Below, one piece after another: positions 9,209-18,767 of a DNA stretch of 63,952 bases (its first letter is position 1; each line of letters opens with the position of its first letter). The notes beneath the pieces are model-generated. The model worked only from the letters and a program-made list of their open reading frames with translations, was not told the origin of the DNA and made no database searches. The DNA lies in assembly GCA_023701005.1 (NCBI GenBank), contig JAMPXW010000004.1, positions 1 through 63,952 on the forward strand, given 5' to 3'. This stretch comes from Burkholderiales bacterium (GTDB taxonomy: Bacteria > Patescibacteriota > Minisyncoccia > Phycocordibacterales > UBA9973). The translations under genes were made by a program, and so were the position numbers.

Positions 9209-11074
9209 ATGGATTTAAAATACATTAGAAATTTTTCTATCATAGCTCACATAGACCACGGCAAGAGTACTTTGGCAGATAGAATGTTAGAAATAACTCA
9301 TACCATAGAAGCACGTAAAATGCGTGCGCAATTTCTTGATTCAATGGAACTTGAGAGAGAAAGAGGCATAACCATAAAAATGCAACCTGTTCGCATGGAA
9401 TTCTCCCCGAATTCCCCGAAGCCTGGCTTAGGGGAGTTTCCCCTAAGCCAGGCTTCGGGAAAGGAAGAAACATATGTTCTAAATCTTATAGATACTCCAG
9501 GACATATTGATTTTTCTTATGAAGTTTCTCGTGCTTTGAAAGCAGTTGAAGGTTCTATCTTGCTTGTAGATGCCACACAAGGAGTGCAAGCTCAAACACT
9601 CACTACATTAGAAATGGCAAAAGAAAGTGGGCTCGTTATTATACCTGTTTTATCAAAAGTCGATTCACCGCTTGCCAGAGTGGAAGAAATAAAAATGGAA
9701 GTGGCTGTATTGCTCGACATAGATCCAGATTCTATTTTAGAAGTTTCTGGCAAGACGGGTTATGGTGTAGAAAATTTATTGGAAGAAATAATAAAACAAG
9801 TTCCACCTCCTTTGTTTTTTGAAGAAGTTAAAGATAGCGCTCAAGCATTAGTTTTTGATTTCAAATATGATAGTCATAGGGGAGTTATCGTCTATGTCAG
9901 ACTTTTTGATGGGTCTATAAAAAAGGGTGACAATCTTATTTTTTCTGTATCAGGTGAGAAATTTATAGCATTGGAGGTTGGTATATTTTCTCCAGAAGAA
10001 AATCCTAAACCATCCATTAATACTGGAGAGATAGGTTATATTGTCACAGGCATAAAAAAACCAGGTATAGCTTCTGTTGGAGATACAATTACTTTTAATA
10101 AAAAACCTTTACCTGCTTTGCCAGGATACATGAATCCAAAGCCAGTAGTTTGGGCTTCTGTCTACCCAGAAGATGCTGATGATTTTCCTAATTTAAAACT
10201 CGCATTAGGGCGTTTAAAGCTTTCTGATTCGGCTTTTTCTTATGAAGAAGAATCTTCAGGGACTCTTGGTAAAGGTTTTCGTTGTGGATTTTTAGGTATG
10301 CTCCATTTAGAAATAATTACAGAAAGATTAAAAAGAGAGTTTAATTTGCATTTAGTGGTGACGATGCCTTCGATCACATATAAAGTGATTTTAAGAAATA
10401 ATAAAGAACAAATCATTTATTCTCCACATTTTTTTCCGGATGATAGTCAGATTATTAAAATTTATGAACCGTGGGTTTCTATAAATATCATTACTCCTCA
10501 GATATATACTAGCGTGCTTATGCCATTTCTTTTCGATCATGAGGCAGAAGTTCATACTACAGATAATTTTGGAGACAATAGATCGGTAATACATTTAGAT
10601 ATGCCATTACGAGAACTAATGCGTAATTTCTTTGATGATTTAAAAAGTATTACTTCTGGTTATGCTTCTATATCTTATGAAATAGGAGAATATAGAGAGG
10701 CAGATGTTGTAAGATTAGATATATTAGTCGCAGATGAACCAATGATGGCTTTTTGTAGGGTTGTTTCAAGAAGGAAAGTAGAAGAAGAGGCCCGAGCTCA
10801 GGTAGATAGATTAAAAAAGGTTATATCACGTCAACAATTTGCTTTTAAAATACAAGGTAAGGCCTTGGGTAGGATAATAGCTTCTGAGAGTGTATCTGCT
10901 TTCCGTAAAGATGTTTTGATGCATGGCAGTAAAGTAGTCGGAGGGGGAGATGTAAGTAGAAAAAAGAAACTTCTTGAAAAACAAAAGAGAGGTAAAGCCA
11001 GAATGAAAGAAAATGCAAAAGTAAACATCACACAAGATGTGTTTTTGAAAATGATGAGGACAGGAGATAATTAA
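9209..11074 (+). CDS. lepA: Translation elongation factor 4 (LepA)
   Basis: IRNFSIIAHIDHGKSTLADR, DTPGHIDF and the characteristic LepA C-terminal domain. It contains an in-frame palindromic insert (next feature). Confidence 0.95.
   Translation: MDLKYIRNFSIIAHIDHGKSTLADRMLEITHTIEARKMRAQFLDSMELERERGITIKMQPVRMEFSPNSPKPGLGEFPLSQASGKEETYVLNLIDTPGHIDFSYEVSRALKAVEGSILLVDATQGVQAQTLTTLEMAKESGLVIIPVLSKVDSPLARVEEIKMEVAVLLDIDPDSILEVSGKTGYGVENLLEEIIKQVPPPLFFEEVKDSAQALVFDFKYDSHRGVIVYVRLFDGSIKKGDNLIFSVSGEKFIALEVGIFSPEENPKPSINTGEIGYIVTGIKKPGIASVGDTITFNKKPLPALPGYMNPKPVVWASVYPEDADDFPNLKLALGRLKLSDSAFSYEEESSGTLGKGFRCGFLGMLHLEIITERLKREFNLHLVVTMPSITYKVILRNNKEQIIYSPHFFPDDSQIIKIYEPWVSINIITPQIYTSVLMPFLFDHEAEVHTTDNFGDNRSVIHLDMPLRELMRNFFDDLKSITSGYASISYEIGEYREADVVRLDILVADEPMMAFCRVVSRRKVEEEARAQVDRLKKVISRQQFAFKIQGKALGRIIASESVSAFRKDVLMHGSKVVGGGDVSRKKKLLEKQKRGKARMKENAKVNITQDVFLKMMRTGDN
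9415..9459. repeat. Perfect 20-bp-arm GC-rich palindrome inserted in frame in lepA
   Basis: CCCGAAGCCTGGCTTAGGGG-aGTTT-CCCCTAAGCCAGGCTTCGGG. It is related to the gatB copy at 55704-55750. Confidence 0.9.
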
Positions 11075-11207
11075 TTATTTTACTTGGAATATAGGAGAAT
11101 AAAGCAAAACCATACTCACGATGATTAGTCCACACAATATAGCCCAAGCTATTTGAATCTTTTTTTGGTGTTTTTTATTGAAAAACATGTAATAATAATA
11201 ACATATT

Positions 11208-11585
11208 ATGAAGAGTTTTCAAAAGAACAAAAGGTTTAATAGATTATTCCAATCAAAAGTATTTTTGTTATTTTTGGGTATAGTTTTGTTAGTATCTTTT
11301 TATAGTATTTTTGGTTTTATGAATAAAATGAGAGAAACAGTAAAGAATAAAAATATTGTGCGAGACAAAATTGAGGAATTAGAAAAAACCAAAGAAAAAT
11401 TAAATTTAGATATAAAAAAGCTTGACACAAAAGATGGCACAGAAGAAAGCATAAGACAAAAATTTGGTTTAGCGAAAGAAGGAGAGGAAATGATAATGAT
11501 AGTAGAGGACAAAAATGTGGGTGAAGATCAAAAAGAACTTGATTCTAAAGGTTTTTTTTCTGTTATCAAAAGTTGGTTTAAATAA
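11208..11585 (+). CDS. Septum formation initiator-like protein (FtsB/DivIC family)
   Basis: Single N-terminal TM, coiled coil, and a ..IRQKFGLAKEGEEMI.. motif typical of FtsB/DivIC. Confidence 0.6.
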   Translation: MKSFQKNKRFNRLFQSKVFLLFLGIVLLVSFYSIFGFMNKMRETVKNKNIVRDKIEELEKTKEKLNLDIKKLDTKDGTEESIRQKFGLAKEGEEMIMIVEDKNVGEDQKELDSKGFFSVIKSWFK

Positions 11586-11606
11586 GCTATATGCTATAAT
11601 TAAGAG

Positions 11607-12560
11607 ATGAAAATAGCATTTTTTTATAAGTCAGAAGAAGTAAAGAAAATATTAGAAAATCGTTTATTAGAGCATGAAATAGTTTTTTTTGAGGAAAAAT
11701 TAACGATAGAGAATGTCAATAAAGTAAAAGATTTTGAAGCAATATCTATATTCGTAGATTCAGAAATAAACAAAAATATTATTGATAATTTGCCCAATTT
11801 AAAATTTATTGCTACTCGCTCTACTGGTTTTGATCATATTGATTGTGAATATGCTTCTAGAAAAGGTATAAAAGTTTCTAATGTTCCTGTTTATGGTTCT
11901 AGCACTGTTGCAGAATTTACTTTTGCTTTGCTTTTAAATCTTTCTAGAAAAATTAATGAAGCAAATAAGCAGTTGAAAGAAGGAGGTAATTTTGAAATAG
12001 ATCCAAATTTAGAGGGTTTTGATTTAGACGGTAAGATTTTGGGTGTCATCGGTACAGGGAAAATAGGTAAAAATGTCATACGCATAGCGAAAGCTTTCAA
12101 TATGAAAGTTTTGGCATACGATGTATGTCATGATGATGTATTTGCAAAGGAAAATGATTTTTTATATAAAACCTTTGAAGAAGTTATTACTAATTCAGAT
12201 GTTATTACTCTGCATGCTCCTTGTACAAAAGACAATCATCATTTAATCAACAAGGAAAGTATTTTGAAAATGAAGAGAGGTGTTTATATAATCAATACAG
12301 CGAGAGGTGAGCTTATTGATTTGGAGGCATTACTTTTTGGTATTGATGAAGGTATCGTAGGGGGTGTCGGGTTGGATGTCATTGAAGGAGAACGTAATTT
12401 TAAAAAAGGAGATAAATTATCTTTATTTAATAAAAAAAATGTAGTAATAACTCCACATGTTGCTTTTTATTCAAGAGAAGCTGTTGAGAGAATAGCAAAT
12501 ACAACGATTGAAAACATAAAGGCCTTTATCTCGGGGAATCCTACTAATTTAGTAAAATAA
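11607..12560 (+). CDS. D-isomer-specific 2-hydroxyacid dehydrogenase (glycerate/lactate dehydrogenase-like)
   Basis: NAD fold GVIGTGKIGKNV. Catalytic-triad context NTARGELID, GLDVIEGE, TPHVAF. Confidence 0.85.
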   Translation: MKIAFFYKSEEVKKILENRLLEHEIVFFEEKLTIENVNKVKDFEAISIFVDSEINKNIIDNLPNLKFIATRSTGFDHIDCEYASRKGIKVSNVPVYGSSTVAEFTFALLLNLSRKINEANKQLKEGGNFEIDPNLEGFDLDGKILGVIGTGKIGKNVIRIAKAFNMKVLAYDVCHDDVFAKENDFLYKTFEEVITNSDVITLHAPCTKDNHHLINKESILKMKRGVYIINTARGELIDLEALLFGIDEGIVGGVGLDVIEGERNFKKGDKLSLFNKKNVVITPHVAFYSREAVERIANTTIENIKAFISGNPTNLVK

Positions 12561-12561
12561 C

Positions 12562-13839
12562 ATGGAGAAACATTGGATTAAAAATTTTGATAAATTAGCA
12601 ATTACCGAAAATCGCAAAATGGCTTTAGAGATTATAGAAGCAGGGCTTGATGCGATAAATACAGAAAAAGTTATTGAATCTTCTATCTCAATGATGGGGA
12701 ATACTTTAGTTATAAAAGGTAAAAGTTTTAATTTGTCTAAATATAAAAATATAAAGATAGTAGGATTTGGTAAATCTTCTTGTGATGCTGCTTTGGCCTT
12801 AGAAAATATTTTAGGAGATAAAATAAAAGAAGGAGCTGTTGTCGGACTTCATAAGATTGATTGCAAATATATTGAAACGTTTGAAGGGACTCATCCTAGA
12901 CCTTCAGAAAAGAATATTGAAGCGGGACAAAGGATATATGATATAGCAAATGATGCAGGTGAAGATGATCTTATTATTGCGATAATATCTGGTGGTGGAT
13001 CAGCATTACTTTGTTATCCAGAAACTGAGTATAAAGAAGGAGCTAAGCTTTATGAGTCTTTTTTGAAAACGGGTAAGACTATTTCAGAGATGAATACAGT
13101 AAGAAAACATCTTTCTTTATTGAAAGGAGGAGGTTTGGCTAAAGTGGCTTATCCTGCGACTGTTGTTGGGCTTATATTTTCAGATGTTCCTGGAGATTTG
13201 TTCTCAGATGTAGCTTCTGGTCCCACCTACAAAGACAATACGACCTTAGCTGATGCCAAACAAATAATAATCAATAATAAATTGGGTGAATTTATTTTGA
13301 ATGAGACACCCAAGGATGATAAGTATTTTGAAAAAGTTTACAATTTTGTATTAGTTTCAAATAAAACAGCAGCAAAGAAAATGGCAGAAAAAGCTGAGGA
13401 ATTTAATTTTGATGTGAATGTTGTTTCTACTGATTTATATTATGAAATAAATAAATCACTTGAAAAGATATTTTTATGTAAAAAAGAGAATTCTGTTATT
13501 TTAGCAGCAGGTGAATCTCGTGTTGTTGTAGAAAAAAGTGGAGGGAAAGGTGGTAGGAATCTGCATACAGCTCTTTTAGCTGTGAAAAATAAGATTGCAG
13601 ATAGTGAACATTCTGTTTTTATTTCTTTTGCTTCTGATGGCATGGACAATAGTGACGCAGCAGGTGCTGTGGTAGATAAATATACCTTAGAAAAAATAAA
13701 GAATTTAGGTATAGATATAAATGATCACTTGGAACGTTTTGATTCGTATCCAGTATTTGAAAAAACAGGAGATATTATTATTACTGGCCCCACAGGAGCT
13801 AATGTGTCTGATCTTATGATACTTTTAACTAAAAAATAA
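12562..13839 (+). CDS. Glycerate kinase, MOFRL family (DUF4147 + MOFRL)
   Basis: GFGKSS.., IISGGGSALL, GGKGGRN and ITGPTGANVSD resemble TM1585-type glycerate 2-kinases. Confidence 0.75.
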   Translation: MEKHWIKNFDKLAITENRKMALEIIEAGLDAINTEKVIESSISMMGNTLVIKGKSFNLSKYKNIKIVGFGKSSCDAALALENILGDKIKEGAVVGLHKIDCKYIETFEGTHPRPSEKNIEAGQRIYDIANDAGEDDLIIAIISGGGSALLCYPETEYKEGAKLYESFLKTGKTISEMNTVRKHLSLLKGGGLAKVAYPATVVGLIFSDVPGDLFSDVASGPTYKDNTTLADAKQIIINNKLGEFILNETPKDDKYFEKVYNFVLVSNKTAAKKMAEKAEEFNFDVNVVSTDLYYEINKSLEKIFLCKKENSVILAAGESRVVVEKSGGKGGRNLHTALLAVKNKIADSEHSVFISFASDGMDNSDAAGAVVDKYTLEKIKNLGIDINDHLERFDSYPVFEKTGDIIITGPTGANVSDLMILLTKK

Positions 13840-13850
13840 TTTAAATAATT

Positions 13851-15068
13851 ATGGATAATAAAATTACAAAAATATTGGCAGAAGAAATAAAAGATTCGAG
13901 GAATAATCCTACGATTAAAGTCACAGTTTTTGTTGGAGATAAATTTGGGAGCTTTTCTGTGCCTTCTGGTGCTTCGACGGGTGTCCATGAAGCACATGAA
14001 TTAAGAGATACCGACGGGAAGGGAGTTAAAGAAGTTATACAAAAAATAAATGATATTATTTCTCCTGCTCTCGTTGGCCAAAATGTCTTAAATCAAGAGG
14101 TTATAGATATGATTATGATTAAATTGGATGGCTCTCAAAATAAAGACAACTTAGGAGGCAATGCATTGATTGGTGTCAGTATAGCTTGTGCGAAAGCTGC
14201 AGCTGTCGTTTCTAGTCTTGAGACTTTTGAATATTTAAGGACGCTTAAAAAGATAAAACCTTCTCAGGAAGTTCCTTTTTTATATATGAATTTGATAAAT
14301 GGAGGCAAGCACGCAAAGAACGATTTAGCTTTTCAAGAATATCATCTTATTCCAAATGTAGATAACGTAGAAAAAGCAGTAGAGATCGGTATTTTAATTC
14401 AAGATTCTTTAAAGAAAATTATTGAGAAAGATCTGGGGGAAGAATCTTTAATTTTAGGCGATGAAGGTGGTTTTGCTCCAAAGATAAGTGATATAAGAAA
14501 ACCATTAGAATATTTAGCACAAGCAATAAAAGAAAATAATTTAGAAAAGAAAGTTCGGTTGGCTTTAGACGTCGCTTCAACTTCTTTTTATGATGGTAAT
14601 TTATATAAAGTTGATGGTAGAGATATTACAAAAGAAGAATTGATGAAAATTTATGATTCTCTGATAGTTGAATTTAATTTAGTTTCGATTGAAGATCCTT
14701 TTTACGAAGAAGATTTTGCAAGTTTTAGAGAACTTAGAGAACACAATAGTAATCTATTAGCGGTGGGAGATGATTTGACGGTGACCAATAGAAGTTTGGT
14801 AGAAAAAGCGATAGAAGAAAAGAGTATTAATGCAATGATTATAAAACCAAACCAAATAGGAACTTTAACAGAGACATTAGATACCATGAAGTTTGCAAGA
14901 GATAATGACATCAAGCTGATTGTGAGCCATAGGAGTGGAGAGACGGATGATAATTTTATTGCAGATTTAGCCTATGCTTTTGGGTGTTTTGGATTAAAAT
15001 CAGGTGCCCCATTAAAACCTGAAAGAAAGATAAAGTATGATAGATTGATAAAAATAAGTATAAAATAA
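13851..15068 (+). CDS. eno: Enolase
   Basis: DSRNNPTIKV..SVPSGASTGVHEAHELRD, IKPNQIGT and SHRSGETDD motifs. Confidence 0.95.
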   Translation: MDNKITKILAEEIKDSRNNPTIKVTVFVGDKFGSFSVPSGASTGVHEAHELRDTDGKGVKEVIQKINDIISPALVGQNVLNQEVIDMIMIKLDGSQNKDNLGGNALIGVSIACAKAAAVVSSLETFEYLRTLKKIKPSQEVPFLYMNLINGGKHAKNDLAFQEYHLIPNVDNVEKAVEIGILIQDSLKKIIEKDLGEESLILGDEGGFAPKISDIRKPLEYLAQAIKENNLEKKVRLALDVASTSFYDGNLYKVDGRDITKEELMKIYDSLIVEFNLVSIEDPFYEEDFASFRELREHNSNLLAVGDDLTVTNRSLVEKAIEEKSINAMIIKPNQIGTLTETLDTMKFARDNDIKLIVSHRSGETDDNFIADLAYAFGCFGLKSGAPLKPERKIKYDRLIKISIK

Positions 15069-15136
15069 ATGGAGTGATATTGTGTTATAATATAAAGATA
15101 TTTTAAAAATTATTATTAATAAATAAGTAAAATCAT

Positions 15137-17566
15137 ATGGTAGAAGTAAAAAAAGAAAGTTTTGTAAAGTGGTATAGTGAAGTTGGTATTGTAGATGTTC
15201 CGTCTGTAGGAGGTAAAAATGCTGCATTAGGAGAAATGTATTCTAATTTGGTGCCACTCGGAGTAAATATTCCAGATGGTTTTGCTTTGACAGCAGACGC
15301 ATATCGTCATTTTTTTAAAGAAACAGGTTTAGATGAAAATATAAAGAAAATATTGGCAGATCTAAATACAAAAGATATAAAGAATCTTCAAGTACGTGGT
15401 AAGAAAGTTCGTGAAGCTATTTTAAAAGAAAATTTACCACAAGACCTTAAAGATGCTGTGACAGAAGCTTATAAAGAGTTAGGTGAAAAGTATGGCAAAA
15501 ATACAGATGTAGCTGTGCGTTCTTCTGCGACAGCTGAAGATTTGCCAGGAGCTTCATTTGCTGGTCAACAGGAGACTTATTTAAATATAAGAGGGATAGA
15601 AAATGTTTTGATAGCTACAAAGAGATGTATTGCATCTTTGTTTACAGACAGAGCGATATCTTACAGAGCAGACAAAGGATTTTCTCATTTTGATGCTGCT
15701 CTTTCTGTTGGTATTCAAAGGATGGTGCGTTCAGATATTTCTTCTTCTGGTGTTGCATTCACGATAGATACAGAGACAGGTTTTGATAAAGTAATCATCA
15801 TAAATGGTATATATGGACTTGGAGAATTTATTGTTCAGGGTAAAGTTATTCCTGATGAATTTATTGTTTTTAAACCTACTTTAGAAATGGGTAATAAGAA
15901 TCCAATAATCACAAAAAATATTGGTAAGAAAAATATTAAACTTGTTTATGCTAAAGATGGCACCAAGGAAGATAAAGTTTCTTTAAGTGATCAACAAAAA
16001 TTCTCTATTACAAATGAAGAAGCAGTTAAATTGGCAAAATGGTGTTTGCAAATAGAAAAATATTTTTCCAAGAAGCACAACCGTTATCAACCGATGGATA
16101 TAGAATGGGCGAAAGATGGGAATACAGGTGAATTGTTCATAGTTCAGGCACGCCCAGAGACTGTCATTTCTTCACAAGACAAAAATGTTTTGAAAGAATA
16201 CAAATTAGAAAAGACAAGTAAAGTATTGGTAGAAGGTATCGCTGTTGGTTCTAAGATAGGAAGCGGTAAGGTTCGTATTTTAAATAGTGCAAAAAATATT
16301 TCTTCATTCAAAAAAGGAGAAGTGTTGGTGACACAGATCACAGACCCAGATTGGGAGCCTATAATGAAGATAGCGAGTGCTATCGTCACAGACAAAGGTG
16401 GGCGTACTTCTCATGCGGCCATTGTTTCTAGAGAGCTTGGCATTCCTTGCATTGTGGGATCAAACAATGCTACTAAAGTGCTTAAAAATGGCCAGGATGT
16501 GACCGTAGATGCTTCAGGAGGCCAAGTGGGTAATGTTTATGCTGGGATTCTTCCATTTAAGGTCTTAGAACATAAATTAGATTCATTACCAAAAGTAGAT
16601 ACAAAAATAATGGTAAATATTGGTTCTCCAGATGAAGCTTTTAAAAATCATAATTTGCCAACAGAAGGGGTTGGCTTGGGAAGATTGGAATTTATTATTG
16701 CTTCTCATATTAGACTTCATCCGAATGTATTGATTGATTATGATAAATTAAAGAAAGGCAAGAAAACTCCTGCTTTGAATAAAGTCTTAAAAGAAGTAGA
16801 AGCTTTGACTCCTCTTTATAAAGATAAGAAAGATTATTATGTAGAGAAGCTTGCATTGGGCATAGCCAAGATCGGTGCTACTTTTTACCCAAATAAAGTT
16901 ATTATTCGTTTTTCTGATTTTAAAACAAATGAATATCGTACTCTTTTAGGAGGAGATATGTATGAACCACATGAAGAAAATCCGATGATAGGTTGGAGAG
17001 GTGCTTCTCGTTATTATGATCCTAAATTCAAAGAAGCTTTTGGTCTTGAATGCAAGGCCATGAAAAGAGTTCGAGAAGAAATGGGTTTTGAAAATGTTAT
17101 CCCTATGATTCCTTTCTGTAGAACACCAGAAGAAGGACAAAAGGTTATAGAAGTAATGAAAGAAAATGGTTTAGATAGAGCAAAAGATAAAAGTTTGAAA
17201 GTATATGTCATGTGTGAAATTCCTTCCAATATTCTTCTTGCTGATGAATATTTAGAAATTTTTGATGGTATGTCTATCGGTTCAAATGATTTGACTCAGC
17301 TTACGTTGGGCCTCGATCGTGATTCAGGCATCGTCACCCATATTGCGAATGAAAACAATCCTTCAGTCAAAAAATTGGTAGCTGAAATTATTCACAAATG
17401 TAAAGAAAAAGGAAAGTATATAGGTATTTGTGGCCAAGCACCTTCTGATTATCCAGAGTTTGCTAAATTCCTTGTAAATGAAGGCATAGAGAGTATGTCT
17501 TTAAATCCAGACACAGTTATAAAGATAAGAATGGCTCTAGGTGAAAAAGATAATAAAAAGGTTTAA
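15137..17566 (+). CDS. ppsA: Phosphoenolpyruvate synthase
   Basis: VGGKNAALGEM N-terminus, phosphohistidine swivel GGRTSHAAIVSRELGIPCIVG, C-terminal PEP-utilising TIM barrel. Confidence 0.92.
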   Translation: MVEVKKESFVKWYSEVGIVDVPSVGGKNAALGEMYSNLVPLGVNIPDGFALTADAYRHFFKETGLDENIKKILADLNTKDIKNLQVRGKKVREAILKENLPQDLKDAVTEAYKELGEKYGKNTDVAVRSSATAEDLPGASFAGQQETYLNIRGIENVLIATKRCIASLFTDRAISYRADKGFSHFDAALSVGIQRMVRSDISSSGVAFTIDTETGFDKVIIINGIYGLGEFIVQGKVIPDEFIVFKPTLEMGNKNPIITKNIGKKNIKLVYAKDGTKEDKVSLSDQQKFSITNEEAVKLAKWCLQIEKYFSKKHNRYQPMDIEWAKDGNTGELFIVQARPETVISSQDKNVLKEYKLEKTSKVLVEGIAVGSKIGSGKVRILNSAKNISSFKKGEVLVTQITDPDWEPIMKIASAIVTDKGGRTSHAAIVSRELGIPCIVGSNNATKVLKNGQDVTVDASGGQVGNVYAGILPFKVLEHKLDSLPKVDTKIMVNIGSPDEAFKNHNLPTEGVGLGRLEFIIASHIRLHPNVLIDYDKLKKGKKTPALNKVLKEVEALTPLYKDKKDYYVEKLALGIAKIGATFYPNKVIIRFSDFKTNEYRTLLGGDMYEPHEENPMIGWRGASRYYDPKFKEAFGLECKAMKRVREEMGFENVIPMIPFCRTPEEGQKVIEVMKENGLDRAKDKSLKVYVMCEIPSNILLADEYLEIFDGMSIGSNDLTQLTLGLDRDSGIVTHIANENNPSVKKLVAEIIHKCKEKGKYIGICGQAPSDYPEFAKFLVNEGIESMSLNPDTVIKIRMALGEKDNKKV

Positions 17567-17575
17567 TATTATATT

Positions 17576-17788
17576 ATGAATACACTTATAACAGTTCAAA
17601 CAATTTTTTATTCTCTGGCTTCTATCACTATGCTTGCCATGGGTGTGTTGTTCGGCATTGCTATTTATTACTTGATAGGTATTTTGAGAAATACTAGAAA
17701 TTTATCTAAAGATATAAATCAAACTTATCATAATACTAAAAGAACTGTTAAAAATATTATTAATTCATTAACAAAAAAGAAAAAATAA
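17576..17788 (+). CDS. Small membrane protein (hypothetical)
   Basis: One long hydrophobic helix. It is tightly packed between ppsA and the next gene. Confidence 0.45.
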   Translation: MNTLITVQTIFYSLASITMLAMGVLFGIAIYYLIGILRNTRNLSKDINQTYHNTKRTVKNIINSLTKKKK

Positions 17789-17789
17789 C

Positions 17790-18122
17790 ATGGTTATAAA
17801 AACAAAAAAAGGTGAAAAGAGTTCAAAGTTTTTGAGTGGAGCTTTGGTAGGAGCAGCGTTGGGTGTGGCTGCAGGTATCTTTGCAAATTCAAAGACGGGT
17901 AAAGAATTAAAAAAAGAAGTAAAATTAAAAGCGGCAGATTTTTACAAAACAATAAGTCCAAAGTTGAAAAAGATGAAAGAAGTAGGGGAGAAAGAATATA
18001 AAGTTTTTATTAACAAAGCTTTAGAAGATTACAACAAAGATGGAAAGTTTGATAAAGAAGATTTGAAACATTTAGCCAAACAGGCGAAGGATTCTTGGAA
18101 ACATCTTAAAAAGCATTTGTAA
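17790..18122 (+). CDS. YtxH-domain protein
   Basis: GALVGAALGVAAGIFANSKTGKELKKE is the YtxH signature. A terminator follows. Confidence 0.65.
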   Translation: MVIKTKKGEKSSKFLSGALVGAALGVAAGIFANSKTGKELKKEVKLKAADFYKTISPKLKKMKEVGEKEYKVFINKALEDYNKDGKFDKEDLKHLAKQAKDSWKHLKKHL

Positions 18123-18141
18123 AAATTAAATATAAAATAAA

Positions 18142-18170
18142 AAGCGGATTTTGCTAAGCAAAATCCGCTT
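18142..18170. terminator. Bidirectional intrinsic terminator
   Basis: 11-bp stem AAGCGGATTTT/AAAATCCGCTT with a 7-nt loop. A T-run follows on both strands, between convergent genes. Confidence 0.85.
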
Positions 18171-18193
18171 TTGGTTGTTTGTTGGAAAATCAA

Positions 18194-18757
18194 TTAATGA
18201 CATTCATCAAGAATAGACCGCGGATTATTAGCCGGATGAATTTCTTCTAAAACTTCAAAAGTGTTTTTTATAACTGATTCTGAAACATTATTAAAAGAAA
18301 TTTTCATGAGAATTTCAGTTATTTTTTCATTTAATGTACTTGGAGTAAAAGGTTTCATAATATAACCACTCGCTCCATTGTTAAGTGCTTTCTTTGTTTC
18401 TTCTTCCATTGCTCTTATCCCTACTATTAAAATAGGTAGATTTTTTAGCTTTTCATTACCACTATTGCGAATTAGACTTACTAATTCAGCGCCTAAAATT
18501 CCAGGCATATTCCAATCAGTGATGACAAAATTGATATCATTTGAAGAATTTAGTTTCTCCAGAGCATCTTCTCCGTCGGTCGCTTCGATGAAGTTTCCAA
18601 ATCCCAAACATTTAAGAGAAGTTGCATATATTCTGCGCATTGTCACAGAATCATCAACAAGTAGAAATTTTAAATCACCAATATTTGTTTCCTGGTTTGT
18701 TTTTAATTTTAAATCGTCAAGACCTTTGGGCTGGTCGCTTTCTTCACGATGTAACAT
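18194..18757 (-). CDS. Response-regulator receiver protein (CheY-like) with short N- and C-terminal extensions
   Basis: LLVDDS, ITDWNMPG and YIMKPF motifs. No DNA-binding output domain. Confidence 0.85.
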   Translation of the reverse strand: MLHREESDQPKGLDDLKLKTNQETNIGDLKFLLVDDSVTMRRIYATSLKCLGFGNFIEATDGEDALEKLNSSNDINFVITDWNMPGILGAELVSLIRNSGNEKLKNLPILIVGIRAMEEETKKALNNGASGYIMKPFTPSTLNEKITEILMKISFNNVSESVIKNTFEVLEEIHPANNPRSILDECH

Positions 18758-18767
18758 TGGTACCTCT

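Noticed and set aside
9240-9473. ORF 9240..9473(-) and ORF 55596..55850(-), which contain peptides mirroring the lepA and gatB inserts (..PKPGLGETPLSQASG.., ..PKPSLGEFPLSWASG..).
   Set aside because: They arise because the inserts are palindromes, so the antisense translation resembles the sense one. They are embedded in lepA and gatB and are not independent genes.
11075-11188. Unlisted 37-aa minus-strand ORF (MFFNKKHQKKIQIAWAILCGLIIVSMVLLYSPIFQVK) between lepA and the FtsB-like gene.
   Set aside because: It could be a small membrane peptide, but I found no RBS or promoter and it is too short to support from sequence alone.
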